Shown one piece after another: positions 17,734 through 28,160 of a stretch of 61,084 nucleotides of DNA. The DNA is from a virus (lineage: Duplodnaviria; Caudoviricetes), in the IMG/VR virus record IMGVR_UViG_3300021519_000011, positions 1 to 61,084 of that record. One strand, 5' to 3'. Numbering within the stretch: position 1 is the stretch's first letter; every line of letters starts with the position of its first letter. A model generated the notes under the pieces. The model had not been told where the DNA came from. It was given only the letters and a program-made list of their open reading frames with translations, and did not search any database. Position numbers and translations under genes: made by a program.

Positions 17734-19902
17734 TTATTGGTTGTATTTATTTAATAGGTCTTGCTGACCCTGATTCAAAGTTGGGGCTGGTGTTGAAGAC
17801 CCAAACTTATACCACGGCTCTGATTTTGGTTTAATTGGATCCATTACTGCGGGTAATTTTACAGATATTTCTGGATCAACTTTATATTTTTTTGCTAAAG
17901 CGCGTGTTACTAAATCTTTATTTGCTTGATATTGTTCATATCTGTATGGGGTTAATGTCCCATCTGCTCTTTCTTGCGCAATAGCTTTATTAATTTCTAA
18001 AATTTGAGAGTTACGACTTAGTGCAGATTCAAATTTAATTAAAAGTTGATCTTCTTCAGAAAGTTTTTTATTCTCCGCAGCATTGCGTAATTTAATAATT
18101 TCTTTATTGTATTGTTCTTTAATTGCTGCGTCTTTATCAGCACCTTCTTTTGCCGCGGAATATTTAGCCAAACCAAGACGGGTTGCTGCAATATCTTTTA
18201 ACTCATCAGAAGTTTGTTTTCTTAATGCGCCATAAGTACTTACGCCCTGCTCGGCGCCCTTACCAATGTTAGTCATGGCATATGGAGATTGACCGCCCAT
18301 CATTGCAAACCCAGCCTGCATAATAGCTAAATACTTGTTCATATCGCCATTTTCTTTGGCTTGTGCTGCGCGTTCTTGAATATCTTTTGCCAGCCCTTCA
18401 AAGTATTCGTCTACTTTAGATTTTGGCGCTGCCATTTCGATTGGTGTTGTTGGCTCTGGTGCTTGTAAAAAATTACCACTTAATCCATAAGTTTCAGGAT
18501 TCTGGCGACCATCTAAAGACATATTAGGTCTAACTACGGGAGTAGCTAACGGTTGTCCAGCAGGAACATTTCCCCCCTGTAATTTACCAGCAGCAATATC
18601 ACGTTGATTTGCATTAGCAGTAGCAATCATTCTTGCATTTTCTCTGCTTAACTCCGTAGGAACAGGTTGAACTGATGGTGCTGCTTGAGCGCTTGAAACA
18701 AAAGGAATGTTTAAGTTTGATGCTTTAGCTGCATTAAATGATGCTGCCTGTTCTTCTGGTGACGCAGAAAAGAAACGTTCAGTTGGGGCGCCAATGTATT
18801 TTTGATATATGGATGGCAATTGGTCAATTCCTAATTTTGTAATAGGATTGTAATTTTCTGGTGTTGTAAATGCCCGTGCCAGATCTTTAGCGTTTTCAAC
18901 TACTGCACGACTTCTATTTAAGTATTCATTATCGTCATCAGTAACTTCATCACCTTTAGCAAAGTGAGCAATACCACCTTGAGCCATTCTTATGTAATTC
19001 TGTGTTTCTGGTTTTAAAGATTCAATTCCTTCACCACGCTTAAGCATTTGTCTTACGCGGCCCGGACCAGCATTGTATGCAGCCAATCCAAGATAGGGGT
19101 CTTGGAAGGCGTCTACTTGTTTTTTCAAATAGCGGGCGCCACCCAAAAGATTGTCATATACATCTTTGCGGTTAACGCCAACTTCTTTAGCTGCGGCTTC
19201 CATCAATTGCATTGGACCAAAAGCACCCGCTTTAGACACAGCATTAGCAGGATCTTTGTGACCGCCAGTTTCTTTATAAAGCGCATGAAGCATAATATTT
19301 GGATCAAGACCAACTTTTTTTGCTACCTCAATAGCTTGAGCTTCATACGGATGACCACTGCGTTTAGATGTTTCAAAGTTTGTCATTCTAGATGCATTGT
19401 TTACTTTAGCTTTTTCAGCCTCATAAGATTGTGGTAATTTATCCATTAATCCACGAATACCACTAGGAATTGAGGCCAGCATTTCCTCAATATTAATGCC
19501 AGCTCTTTTGGGAAACAATTTTGCCATCTCAATATCTTCATCATCTTCTGCTTCTCCACCATCAGCAAAGGCTACAATTCCACCGCCAGCCATACCTTGT
19601 GCCATGCCCGTAGGTAAGCTTGTTACTCCCGGCTGGTTTTCTGGAAGATTCGCCATTTGAGCTTGTTGAGGTTGAGCCATTTGAGGCTGTGGAACCATTG
19701 AAGGATTAGCTTGATTCAATACATCCTCTGCTACAGTACGAGATGGTGGCTGTCCTTGACCGGCAGTTTGTAAATGCTGGCGGCGCTGAATCTCAGCTAA
19801 AGCTAGGAACTGAGGAACTACACTATTAGGATCGCGGGCGTAGTTGATTAATGTACCTTGTGGCACATCCTTTAACTGTTCAGATAATTGTGAAATATTC
19901 AT
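17734..19902 (-). CDS. Internal virion protein with a lytic transglycosylase (SLT) domain
   Basis: KETGG, AVSKAGAFGPMQLM, N..GGARYL, LAAYNAGPG. Confidence 0.8.
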   Translation of the reverse strand: MNISQLSEQLKDVPQGTLINYARDPNSVVPQFLALAEIQRRQHLQTAGQGQPPSRTVAEDVLNQANPSMVPQPQMAQPQQAQMANLPENQPGVTSLPTGMAQGMAGGGIVAFADGGEAEDDEDIEMAKLFPKRAGINIEEMLASIPSGIRGLMDKLPQSYEAEKAKVNNASRMTNFETSKRSGHPYEAQAIEVAKKVGLDPNIMLHALYKETGGHKDPANAVSKAGAFGPMQLMEAAAKEVGVNRKDVYDNLLGGARYLKKQVDAFQDPYLGLAAYNAGPGRVRQMLKRGEGIESLKPETQNYIRMAQGGIAHFAKGDEVTDDDNEYLNRSRAVVENAKDLARAFTTPENYNPITKLGIDQLPSIYQKYIGAPTERFFSASPEEQAASFNAAKASNLNIPFVSSAQAAPSVQPVPTELSRENARMIATANANQRDIAAGKLQGGNVPAGQPLATPVVRPNMSLDGRQNPETYGLSGNFLQAPEPTTPIEMAAPKSKVDEYFEGLAKDIQERAAQAKENGDMNKYLAIMQAGFAMMGGQSPYAMTNIGKGAEQGVSTYGALRKQTSDELKDIAATRLGLAKYSAAKEGADKDAAIKEQYNKEIIKLRNAAENKKLSEEDQLLIKFESALSRNSQILEINKAIAQERADGTLTPYRYEQYQANKDLVTRALAKKYKVDPEISVKLPAVMDPIKPKSEPWYKFGSSTPAPTLNQGQQDLLNKYNQ

Positions 19903-19904
19903 AG

Positions 19905-21107
19905 TTAACCTAATAATTGATGCAAGCGAATGTCATTTAAACCAGAATTAATAAGGCCGCCTTGAGCGTAACTTTTATACTCAAAATCTTTTGGCAAACC
20001 ACCCGCCGCTCCCAGTCCTTTATATAAACCATACATACCAAGACCAGCAACCCCTAAACCACCCAGTTGAGATGCATAATTTGGCGGTGCTGTGTAGCCT
20101 TGTTGTGTTCCAGTACCAGTTTGAGCAGTACTTGTAAACGGCAAGTTAGATAATGAGCTTTGTAAGAATTGATTTTGTGTATATGGAAACTGTTGCTGTT
20201 GTAAACCAAATTGATTTTGTAACTGTAAGTTAGCAATCCGTGCTGCATTTTGTTGTGCTGCAATATTACCCAAAGTACCACCTGCTGTAGTAGCACCAGC
20301 ATAACCTTGTTGCGCACCTTGAACGCCTTGAAGTCCCAAGCCAGCACCCTGCATTGCACCTTGAAGCCCTTGAATACCAACTTGTTGGCCTTGCATACCA
20401 GCCTGTAAACCTTGAAGTCCTAGGGTAGATCCAAACTGTTGAGCCTGTTGAGCGTTTTGAAATGCTTGTTGTTGTCCTGTAGCTTCGATGCCAGATAAAC
20501 GATTCTGTAAACCGCGGTTGGCTTCCGCCTGTTGAAGTGCTAAACGGTTTCCACCAAACGCACCAGATCCTACAGATTGAGCCGCCATCTGAGGGGCTTG
20601 AATTTGATAATCTCTAACTGCTTGTTGTTTTTGCCAATCTACTACATTGTTCATATACGGCGACATATACTGTGCCATTGCTTCTGGGCTTGTAGCTTGA
20701 GCGGTATACATATCGCCAGCACGACTTGCCGCCGTACCCATTGAAGCACCTACAGCCCCGTATTTAGGAGCTTCTGCGCCGTATTGGAATCCTCTTTGTC
20801 CATAATCTAAAGCAATTGGAGCTGTACTTAAACTGCCTTTACCACCAGCCTCAGCCAAAGCAGAACCAGAAGCAAACCCACCGGGCAACTGAAGTCCAGC
20901 CGCGCCTACATATGATTGATTTAATAGGCCCGGAGTCTGTTGGTTTGCAACTAAATCTTGAGCGCGGTTTAAATAATTAGTAACATAGGGTTGGAACTGC
21001 GGTTGAATACTAGGCGTAGTCGTAGACGACTGGTTTGTAGTCCCTTGCGATGTTGGGCTAGAGGGTAGCGATTGCGCTCCCAGTATGTTATCGAGCCATG
21101 AAGCCAT
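19905..21107 (-). CDS. Gln/Gly-rich DNA injection (pilot) protein
   Basis: YMSPYM.NVV, GAFGG.R motifs; QG low-complexity repeats; position before the SLT protein. Confidence 0.6.
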   Translation of the reverse strand: MASWLDNILGAQSLPSSPTSQGTTNQSSTTTPSIQPQFQPYVTNYLNRAQDLVANQQTPGLLNQSYVGAAGLQLPGGFASGSALAEAGGKGSLSTAPIALDYGQRGFQYGAEAPKYGAVGASMGTAASRAGDMYTAQATSPEAMAQYMSPYMNNVVDWQKQQAVRDYQIQAPQMAAQSVGSGAFGGNRLALQQAEANRGLQNRLSGIEATGQQQAFQNAQQAQQFGSTLGLQGLQAGMQGQQVGIQGLQGAMQGAGLGLQGVQGAQQGYAGATTAGGTLGNIAAQQNAARIANLQLQNQFGLQQQQFPYTQNQFLQSSLSNLPFTSTAQTGTGTQQGYTAPPNYASQLGGLGVAGLGMYGLYKGLGAAGGLPKDFEYKSYAQGGLINSGLNDIRLHQLLG

Positions 21108-21118
21108 AATTTAATTCC

Positions 21119-22759
21119 TTATGCAGGTAATACTTTTTTGTCGTTAATAGCTCTAATTTGTCGCTTAGTGCCGTGTGCGTTCTTACGAATTCTGTCCATC
21201 ATTGCGTATAGTTTCTTGGCTCCAGAATCTGTAGAGCCACCACCTAAAGCACTAACTACGTCGCTTGAAACTACAAATTCACCGTCCGCAAGTCTAGCTG
21301 GCTGATTACCACCTATTGTAGCTGGTATATCATCACTTAATCCAGTACCACCGCCCTTTAGCAGCCTGCCGCCATCTGAATAAGAGCCTAAATCCCCACT
21401 ATCTAAACCTGCAATTCCGCCTTCTGCGTATCTATAAAGCATTGGTTGAGCATATGGTGTTGGACTATAGTTCATTCCGGGATAGGATTGGTTTGGAGAG
21501 TATGTAGGAAACGCATATGGCATTGGGGCCTGTACTACTGGAGCAGGAGTTGCTTGGGCTGTATTTTGAGATGAGGTTTGAGTTGGCGCTCCACCACTTG
21601 AACCACCAGAACCACTAGTTAATGCTTTTGCCGCCAAACTACCCAGCGCTAATTTTTGCATTGTTGTCATTCCAGTACTAGGAAGATTCCAAGTAAAATT
21701 TGAGCCAAAATCTAATCCATGAGTTGCGGCATTAGGAGCATTGGATGCAAGATTAGTAGCTTGAGTACCCGCATCAAGAGCTGTAATCCCACCAGCCGTC
21801 TCAGCAGCGGCGGTTGGAAGTGTAAAACTAGCCCCCCCAGCTACTGGGGTATAAGCACCACCTGCGCCAGCCATTATTTCAGCGGGAGTTAATGCGGTAG
21901 GAACAGCGGTACCAGCCGCAGGAACGGCACTAGCAGCACCAGCATTAGCCAGCGTTGTACCAGCACCAATCGCGCCAGCACCAAAGGCGGCGGCCCCACC
22001 AAGCGCAAGAGAAGCTAATATCGGTGCGCCAGTATCAGCCATAAAGTTACCTGTATATCTAGTACCTTCAGGCAAAGTAAAGATAGGCTGATTATTTTGG
22101 TCCATCTGCATTCTGGGTTTACCCTCAGCATCAGTAAATGCAGCAATACCTTTTGTAGCTCCTCGTTCAATAGGCACTTCAACGCCACCAATTTTATAGG
22201 CAGTTTGATTTTTTTCTAAATTCCAAGATATGTTTTCGCCCGCTGGATTCCAATATTTTCCATTAAACTCATAATCTTTAAGGGACGGTAATGCTTGAGT
22301 TACGAAACCGTTTGGATCTACAGATAAAGTCGAGCCATTAGGGTTAACAAAACCTCTCCCGTTCCATTCGTATCCATGTTCAGTGGGATTAAAGTCTTTA
22401 CCGCTAGCATCTCCAGCCAACATCTGATCCATTGATTGAAGTTTTACTGGCTGATCTGGTGTCCAAGTTGATTCTGTTTTAGGATCTTCTACAAAAGTAC
22501 GGTTATCGCCACTATCAACATAATGACCACCAGTAGGACCGCCATCTTCAAAACGCCGTATAGAGGCAATACCCCCACTAGCCATCATTTGCCCGCTATA
22601 GGCATCGGTTCTGGGTTCGTAACCAGCGTTAATTGCAGAAGAACTTACAGGCGTTTGTGCAGAAGTGGCATACTCAGATGCACTTTGGTTGCTTCCGGGA
22701 TAGACGTCATTCTGCCCAATTACTGGCGCGTTTAGTCCCATTATTCCGTTAGAATACAT
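21119..22759 (-). CDS. Putative internal virion protein
   Basis: C-terminal G.SDDIPA...ARLADGEFVV..DVV...G.GS...GA..LY motif; several xxGG tags. Confidence 0.6.
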   Translation of the reverse strand: MYSNGIMGLNAPVIGQNDVYPGSNQSASEYATSAQTPVSSSAINAGYEPRTDAYSGQMMASGGIASIRRFEDGGPTGGHYVDSGDNRTFVEDPKTESTWTPDQPVKLQSMDQMLAGDASGKDFNPTEHGYEWNGRGFVNPNGSTLSVDPNGFVTQALPSLKDYEFNGKYWNPAGENISWNLEKNQTAYKIGGVEVPIERGATKGIAAFTDAEGKPRMQMDQNNQPIFTLPEGTRYTGNFMADTGAPILASLALGGAAAFGAGAIGAGTTLANAGAASAVPAAGTAVPTALTPAEIMAGAGGAYTPVAGGASFTLPTAAAETAGGITALDAGTQATNLASNAPNAATHGLDFGSNFTWNLPSTGMTTMQKLALGSLAAKALTSGSGGSSGGAPTQTSSQNTAQATPAPVVQAPMPYAFPTYSPNQSYPGMNYSPTPYAQPMLYRYAEGGIAGLDSGDLGSYSDGGRLLKGGGTGLSDDIPATIGGNQPARLADGEFVVSSDVVSALGGGSTDSGAKKLYAMMDRIRKNAHGTKRQIRAINDKKVLPA

Positions 22760-22795
22760 AGAAGTCCTTCTTAATATGTGCTGATTTTATCATGT

Positions 22796-23440
22796 CTATA
22801 GCCTTGATACAAAAGATAATGTAGCCACTACAGACGGGCTAACAGGTCTAGCATAGGGGGTTGTAAGCGCTGGCAAACTAACTAAAGATACATTGCTATT
22901 GTCCGTAGCCCAGTACAAAGCAACACTATCCCCAGTATTTAAAGAAATAAAGAAGTTGGCTGCCGCAAGTGCATAGCTAAGTTCACTTGCATTTTTCCTT
23001 GCTGAAAGCACAATTCTACTAGCCGTAGCTGCTATATCCGCTCCATTTTTACGCAACCAAATATCTGCATAGTGGATCTCATTGTCGCTATTTCGAACTT
23101 GAACGCTGAACTGAAAGTTATAAATCCCGTTTTGGGACACGGTAACGGCACTATTAGCCAAGGTCATGCCACTAGAGTAATCAAAAGTATTAAGGGTAAC
23201 TAGGGTAGCGGTGTTTGCCGTAGCGGTTACATTGGAGTTGTTCTGAACGGATATATAGGTATTCCCCAGATACTGCCCACCAGTAGCCCCCAATAGCGCC
23301 CCGGTAACATTATCTACTTGGTTAAAGTATAGGCGTAATGCATTGCTAAATTGATCTTGATAGTTTTGGTTGTACTCTACCGGCCCAATAGGTAAGTTAG
23401 GCGCAATGGTATTACGGATGCTTGTAGCATTTGATGCCAT
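22796..23440 (-). CDS. Structural (tail-associated) protein
   Basis: APNLP...LRLYFNQ N-terminus, GIYNFQFSVQ...DIWLRKNG beta domain. Confidence 0.6.
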   Translation of the reverse strand: MASNATSIRNTIAPNLPIGPVEYNQNYQDQFSNALRLYFNQVDNVTGALLGATGGQYLGNTYISVQNNSNVTATANTATLVTLNTFDYSSGMTLANSAVTVSQNGIYNFQFSVQVRNSDNEIHYADIWLRKNGADIAATASRIVLSARKNASELSYALAAANFFISLNTGDSVALYWATDNSNVSLVSLPALTTPYARPVSPSVVATLSFVSRL

Positions 23441-25596
23441 TAGCTTCTCCGTCCGTCTGGTCTAATATCAATCCGTGGTGCGCCCAATTGCCAAGTTACG
23501 CCTAAACCATCAGAGCTAATTTTCATTGCCATTTGGCGGGCGCGAATCCTTGTATATATTTGGCCCGTAAATTCTTGAACCGTATATTGTGGGTATACAG
23601 CAAAGTTATTAGCACTTATTGTTGCAGCGTTTGATGGGCTTCCATAGGCTGAACCTGAGTTTTGGCGGGGTTGTAATTCCATTGTAACAGTTGGGCCATC
23701 TACATTCGAGCCATTAAAGTTAACGTCAGGCAACATTCTCCAAACATAACCGAAGTTATGCCCATCTCCAATATCAAAATCAGAGGACTGCACATAAGAG
23801 TAAATAGGCAAAGAAGTAGCCGTAGAAGAATCATCAGTACCAAGCTCATGGTTAATTACACAGCCAGTTGAGTTTAATAAAGAATCCACACCGTTTTGGA
23901 AAGTACCCATTGGAGTTTGACGTAGTCCTGAATCTAGCCAGAAAGTACGATTTAATGTGCCGTAATACCATACGCGGTCAAGGTAGTTATAGATTACATA
24001 CTTATCTACCACAACCGAATTAGTAGAACAGTAGAACCACCAGATTTCATTAAAGCCTTCATTACTACCGACAGTAACCTGCCATGACTGGTCCTTATTA
24101 AGATCAGCAAAAACATATTGACGCAATGCACAAGGTAAAGTTTCCACCCGACCAGAGTACATATAAAACTTATCGCCGCCCATCCAGTATGTGATGTTAT
24201 TTACCGTAATAACTGAATTCGGACTCATTACCGAAATATTATCCATCAATACTTGAAAGCCCCAAATGTAAGGCGGCCCTAAATATTGCATAGAATAAAG
24301 GGTTGAATCTGTAAATACTAGTACTTCTTGGCGGGTATTGATCGTAGTAGAAATATAAGAACCATGCGAAAGCCTAAACTCACCCGCTTGATTTGTAATA
24401 TCTGGTACCCACTGGTACGGGTTTTCTTGGTCTGACCACCGTACTAACATAGGATCAAAATCCGTTGTTGGGTTAGTTGGATCGTAAGAATTAGCACCAA
24501 ACGCCATAACAAACCGCTGAATATCAGAAGCCAAAACTTCAAGCGTTTTATAAGGAACAAATTGCCCGCTATAAGAAGCTGTATTAGCTAAGTCAGATAA
24601 CTTTTTACCACGGTACGTTGTGCCTAGGTTTGCATCCCAATAGAAAATTTGCCCGCCACGTTGAGCAAATACAAGATCTTGACCATAGTTATCGTTAGTC
24701 CAAATAACAAGCTGTTCGCCTACACTAACCCCCAAAGGTGCAGCATTTCCCCATCCATATTGACCCCAAGTACCGGCGCCCCAACCATTACCATTAACGT
24801 AGTATTCAAGTCCTACATGGCACAAAACTTGGCAAGTTACATTTCCACCTACATTAGAGGCAGAAGAAGTGCAATAGGTTACGTTAGATAAATTATTATC
24901 CGCAGTTGAAGCCAAGAAATAATATACTGCTGATCCGTAGCTTAAAATCTGATGTTCGCCATTAATTACCGTATTAGCTAACCCGCCAACCGAAACCGCA
25001 CAGTTAGATAGGATAAGGTAATCCCTAGTATTAGCATTATTAGTACCATCAAAAATCTTAACAAACGCACTTGAGACGTTAGCATTTGCCGTATGAGATG
25101 CCGCGGTGGTGTTGTTAACTCCACGTACACAGTTTGTAGCTGAATTTGAACTTAATGCATTATAAAAAATAACTTCGTTATCAATCTTAACGTAGCCATT
25201 TTGGGGTGGAAAATTAGTAGATGCAGTAAATAATAAGGTTGTTGTAGTTGCGTTTACGTTTGCAGCTAGTGTAGTACGGCCCGTAGATAGGGCGTTGCTT
25301 AAAGTAAGAGTTTGTACAACAGGAGTAATATCGTAATATTGACCACCATTCTCTACATAGTATTTAAGATTAGTACCTATTCCAAGGTAGTTATACCCAA
25401 CCAAAGTTGCCCAATTCCACATAGAACGGCATACGCCCCAGAACTTATATTGGCTTAATCGAATCCAGCCACCAAGCTTTTCAGGAAAACCAGACCTAAA
25501 ACGGATCTTATCGCCGTCATAAAACCCGCCTTCATTGGCGTAGTTAGTACCTTCTCTATTAAGACCGGGACGGAGAATGATTTTAGTTAATGGCAT
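23440..25596 (-). CDS. Tail hub/nozzle protein (P22 gp10 or T7 tubular B-like)
   Basis: 718 aa beta-rich; VRWSDQE, EIWWFY, YVIYNY, G.PRIDIRPDGRR. Confidence 0.6.
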   Translation of the reverse strand: MPLTKIILRPGLNREGTNYANEGGFYDGDKIRFRSGFPEKLGGWIRLSQYKFWGVCRSMWNWATLVGYNYLGIGTNLKYYVENGGQYYDITPVVQTLTLSNALSTGRTTLAANVNATTTTLLFTASTNFPPQNGYVKIDNEVIFYNALSSNSATNCVRGVNNTTAASHTANANVSSAFVKIFDGTNNANTRDYLILSNCAVSVGGLANTVINGEHQILSYGSAVYYFLASTADNNLSNVTYCTSSASNVGGNVTCQVLCHVGLEYYVNGNGWGAGTWGQYGWGNAAPLGVSVGEQLVIWTNDNYGQDLVFAQRGGQIFYWDANLGTTYRGKKLSDLANTASYSGQFVPYKTLEVLASDIQRFVMAFGANSYDPTNPTTDFDPMLVRWSDQENPYQWVPDITNQAGEFRLSHGSYISTTINTRQEVLVFTDSTLYSMQYLGPPYIWGFQVLMDNISVMSPNSVITVNNITYWMGGDKFYMYSGRVETLPCALRQYVFADLNKDQSWQVTVGSNEGFNEIWWFYCSTNSVVVDKYVIYNYLDRVWYYGTLNRTFWLDSGLRQTPMGTFQNGVDSLLNSTGCVINHELGTDDSSTATSLPIYSYVQSSDFDIGDGHNFGYVWRMLPDVNFNGSNVDGPTVTMELQPRQNSGSAYGSPSNAATISANNFAVYPQYTVQEFTGQIYTRIRARQMAMKISSDGLGVTWQLGAPRIDIRPDGRRS

Positions 25597-25598
25597 AC

Positions 25599-26048
25599 TT
25601 ATCCTAGTACAAAGTTATTTTGCTTTGAGCAGTTTTCACTACCCTTTAAAACTTGCAAGTTACTAGGAACATGCAATCCGGATACTAACTTCCCTTGAAG
25701 CGGAATAATATGGTCTACATGCCACGGCTCATTATGAAGCTTTGTAAGTATTTCGGCAAGCCTATACTGATTTTCAATGCGCTCAAAATCTATATTTGTA
25801 AGCCATTTTGGGGTACGTTGTTTTTTGGCTGCTTTACGTTTTGCTTTATTGGCATTAGCTTTGGCTGGGTTTAATTTTTTGTATTCCGCAACATGTGCCT
25901 TAATTTGGTCTTTTTTTTCTTCATATCTTTTTTTGTTGCTTGCAATAACTTTTTCTGGGTTTAACTCAACCCATACTTTTTTATAAGCAATCAATTTATT
26001 TCGATTATTTAACCGATATTGTTGTTGATATTCTTTATCGTATGCCAT
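25599..26048 (-). CDS. Free-standing HNH endonuclease
   Basis: RTPKWL...WHVDHIIPLQG..VSGLHVP.NLQV....N..K.N. Confidence 0.9.
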   Translation of the reverse strand: MAYDKEYQQQYRLNNRNKLIAYKKVWVELNPEKVIASNKKRYEEKKDQIKAHVAEYKKLNPAKANANKAKRKAAKKQRTPKWLTNIDFERIENQYRLAEILTKLHNEPWHVDHIIPLQGKLVSGLHVPSNLQVLKGSENCSKQNNFVLG

Positions 26049-26635
26049 TATGTAAGTACCAATAGTGCTTTAGCAATTTTTTCTTTGCGTTCTTGTAAAC
26101 CAGTAATGCCGCCATTTATCCGTCTTGTCATAGTTTCAATATCACCAGAATCAGCTAAATCATTTAAGCCACGTTTTCCCCAGAACCAGCCCGCACTTAG
26201 AGCGGCATATTTGGGAGTGAGTAGTAAATCAGGGTTATCAATAATATCGACACCAATACTACTTCCGCAATTTGCATAATTTTCTCTACCTGTTAATTGT
26301 ATTAAACCTCTACCGTGAAACTTCCAGCCATCACCATCTTGAAGATTGCCCATGCGCCCAGCGTATACAAAGTTAGCAAGTTTCTCTGGGTTGTTAGCAT
26401 AGGGCTGTGCCATACTAATATTAGGAAAACGGCTGGGCCATACCTGCATTAGTCTTTGGGCGGAGTAATTAAGGTTTTCTTGTAGGCGAGTAAAGTTAAC
26501 GCTCTCAACAGAACACTGACCAATAAACGCTGCTTCACGCTTTGGTGTTGAGATATCATATTTAACAAAGACTTGATTTAACGGGATTTCCCATTTGGTG
26601 TCTATGCCAAGTTCTTTTAATTGCAAGCTGTTCAT
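26048..26635 (-). CDS. Endolysin, glycoside hydrolase family 19
   Basis: AAFIGQC..ES, ENLNYS, GDGWKFHGRGLIQLTG..NY, TRRINGG. Confidence 0.9.
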   Translation of the reverse strand: MNSLQLKELGIDTKWEIPLNQVFVKYDISTPKREAAFIGQCSVESVNFTRLQENLNYSAQRLMQVWPSRFPNISMAQPYANNPEKLANFVYAGRMGNLQDGDGWKFHGRGLIQLTGRENYANCGSSIGVDIIDNPDLLLTPKYAALSAGWFWGKRGLNDLADSGDIETMTRRINGGITGLQERKEKIAKALLVLT

Positions 26636-27051
26636 TTTGCGTTAAAGATCCCAATTTGTTCTGACAACCAACCCTGAAGACTAACCAGCATCTGCGTAGT
26701 TATTGCGCATTTTTCAATAAATTTAGGGTCGGCGGGGGTGCCATCAGTTGGGTTGGCGGTAGCGGAAACTGTGCCTGTTTGATTGGTACTGGAGAGGCGC
26801 ATCCCACCATAAGTACGCTTAATAAGAGCGATACGGTTTTCATAGTCATTTTTTACCTTTTCATTAACTTGAGCGGCTTCTTTAGCCTTAGATTTATTAA
26901 TCATTTCCTGCTCTTTAGCAGCGAGTTCAACTTTAGATACATAGGCATCATACTTAACAGATTCGTATTTGCCATAGCCAATGCCAGCTACAGCAGCTAA
27001 AGACAACGCAGCGTATATATAAAACTGAATGGGTATAGTTAGTCCGAACAT
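26632..27051 (-). CDS. Rz-like spanin (inner membrane subunit)
   Basis: N-terminal TM segment then coiled coil; adjacent to the endolysin. Confidence 0.55.
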   Translation of the reverse strand: MFGLTIPIQFYIYAALSLAAVAGIGYGKYESVKYDAYVSKVELAAKEQEMINKSKAKEAAQVNEKVKNDYENRIALIKRTYGGMRLSSTNQTGTVSATANPTDGTPADPKFIEKCAITTQMLVSLQGWLSEQIGIFNAK

Positions 27052-27608
27052 TATACGAACCTAATGGTGAATGCAAAAGTTGCTGGATAGTTCTTAATCA
27101 GTGCTGTGTTGTCATGCCACTGGTCTGGCGTAATAAACGCTGGGTCAACCAGCGCACGGATGTTGTGTCCAAAGTTTAAAATCATCATTTTGCCAAAAAC
27201 ATAGTGGTATGAGTTGTATTGCCATAAATTATGGCCTTCTACACGAATCGTGCCTTCATGGGTTTCGTTGCAGTTAATATCGCCCTGATAGCTCATACCA
27301 GAAGATCCGTCAATAAACTTAACATCAAAGCCGTAGAACGGATTACGCCATAGCCATTGCACTTTTGACCACCAGCAAGGGTTATGCTCTGCCCTAAAGG
27401 TTTGATCGCCATCTAAGCTGTTATCAGGCGTTTGAAACCATGATAAGAAAGAAAACAAGCGCGGGCCTGATTGCCATACCGTAGCATTGTTACACCAGCC
27501 AATTTGGGTGGAGTACATAATGCCGATAATAAATGCTAATGGAAAGGTTAAAACGGTTCCAATTAAGTTAACAGGCACTAAAACTAAAGCATATAAAAGA
27601 TAGTTCAT
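27051..27608 (-). CDS. Membrane-anchored hypothetical protein in the lysis cassette
   Basis: N-terminal TM; WFQTPDNSLDGD and WLWRNP.YGF motifs. Confidence 0.65.
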   Translation of the reverse strand: MNYLLYALVLVPVNLIGTVLTFPLAFIIGIMYSTQIGWCNNATVWQSGPRLFSFLSWFQTPDNSLDGDQTFRAEHNPCWWSKVQWLWRNPFYGFDVKFIDGSSGMSYQGDINCNETHEGTIRVEGHNLWQYNSYHYVFGKMMILNFGHNIRALVDPAFITPDQWHDNTALIKNYPATFAFTIRFV

Positions 27609-27811
27609 TCTTTATCCAATGGCATAGTAGTGTAAAACCGTAAAACTGCACAAGTAACCCCAATACACATCAAAATAATTCCGTAATACTTGGGGTCAAT
27701 AACATTTTGCAGATACGAGAAGTTCTCATATACCGCACCTACAACCATTAACGCAAGCGAAAACCACATGGTTCTAGACTTCGCCATCTGTTTAACGGTT
27801 ACTCGTTTCAT
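27605..27811 (-). CDS. Putative holin
   Basis: 68 aa, two TM segments, KSRT.WF...LRF.TT.PL; near the endolysin. Confidence 0.6.
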   Translation of the reverse strand: MKRVTVKQMAKSRTMWFSLALMVVGAVYENFSYLQNVIDPKYYGIILMCIGVTCAVLRFYTTMPLDKE

Positions 27812-27948
27812 TTGGACTTCTTAACTACAGTTTTCTTTACTACCTTTTTGGCAACGGGCTTTGCTTTTGCTGGCGGGAAAGGCCAAGGCGCAGGTACGGG
27901 TTTGCGAATATAGCCCAACTTATCAAATACATAATCAATAATAAACAT
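27808..27948 (-). CDS. Small basic hypothetical protein (46 aa)
   Basis: Manual translation MFIIDYVFDKLG...WPFPP...KKSK; coupled at both ends. Confidence 0.5.
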   Translation of the reverse strand: MFIIDYVFDKLGYIRKPVPAPWPFPPAKAKPVAKKVVKKTVVKKSK

Positions 27949-28160
27949 TAGAATATCACTCCAAGTATAGGCACAGAAGTCACGGCAACAGCCAGATTCT
28001 GTTTAGGATCAGATAAATCGGCGCCACAATCGCTACATACTAGCGCCGCCAGTTCAGCTTCATCTACATCTCGGTTGCAAATTGGACAAAGAATTTCTAT
28101 TTTTGTTGCACAGTCCGCGTCTTTACCGGGAATGTCTTGAGCTTGTTGTTCTATAACCAT
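27948..28160 (-). CDS. Small zinc-ribbon protein
   Basis: CPIC and CSDC pairs. Confidence 0.6.
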   Translation of the reverse strand: MVIEQQAQDIPGKDADCATKIEILCPICNRDVDEAELAALVCSDCGADLSDPKQNLAVAVTSVPILGVIF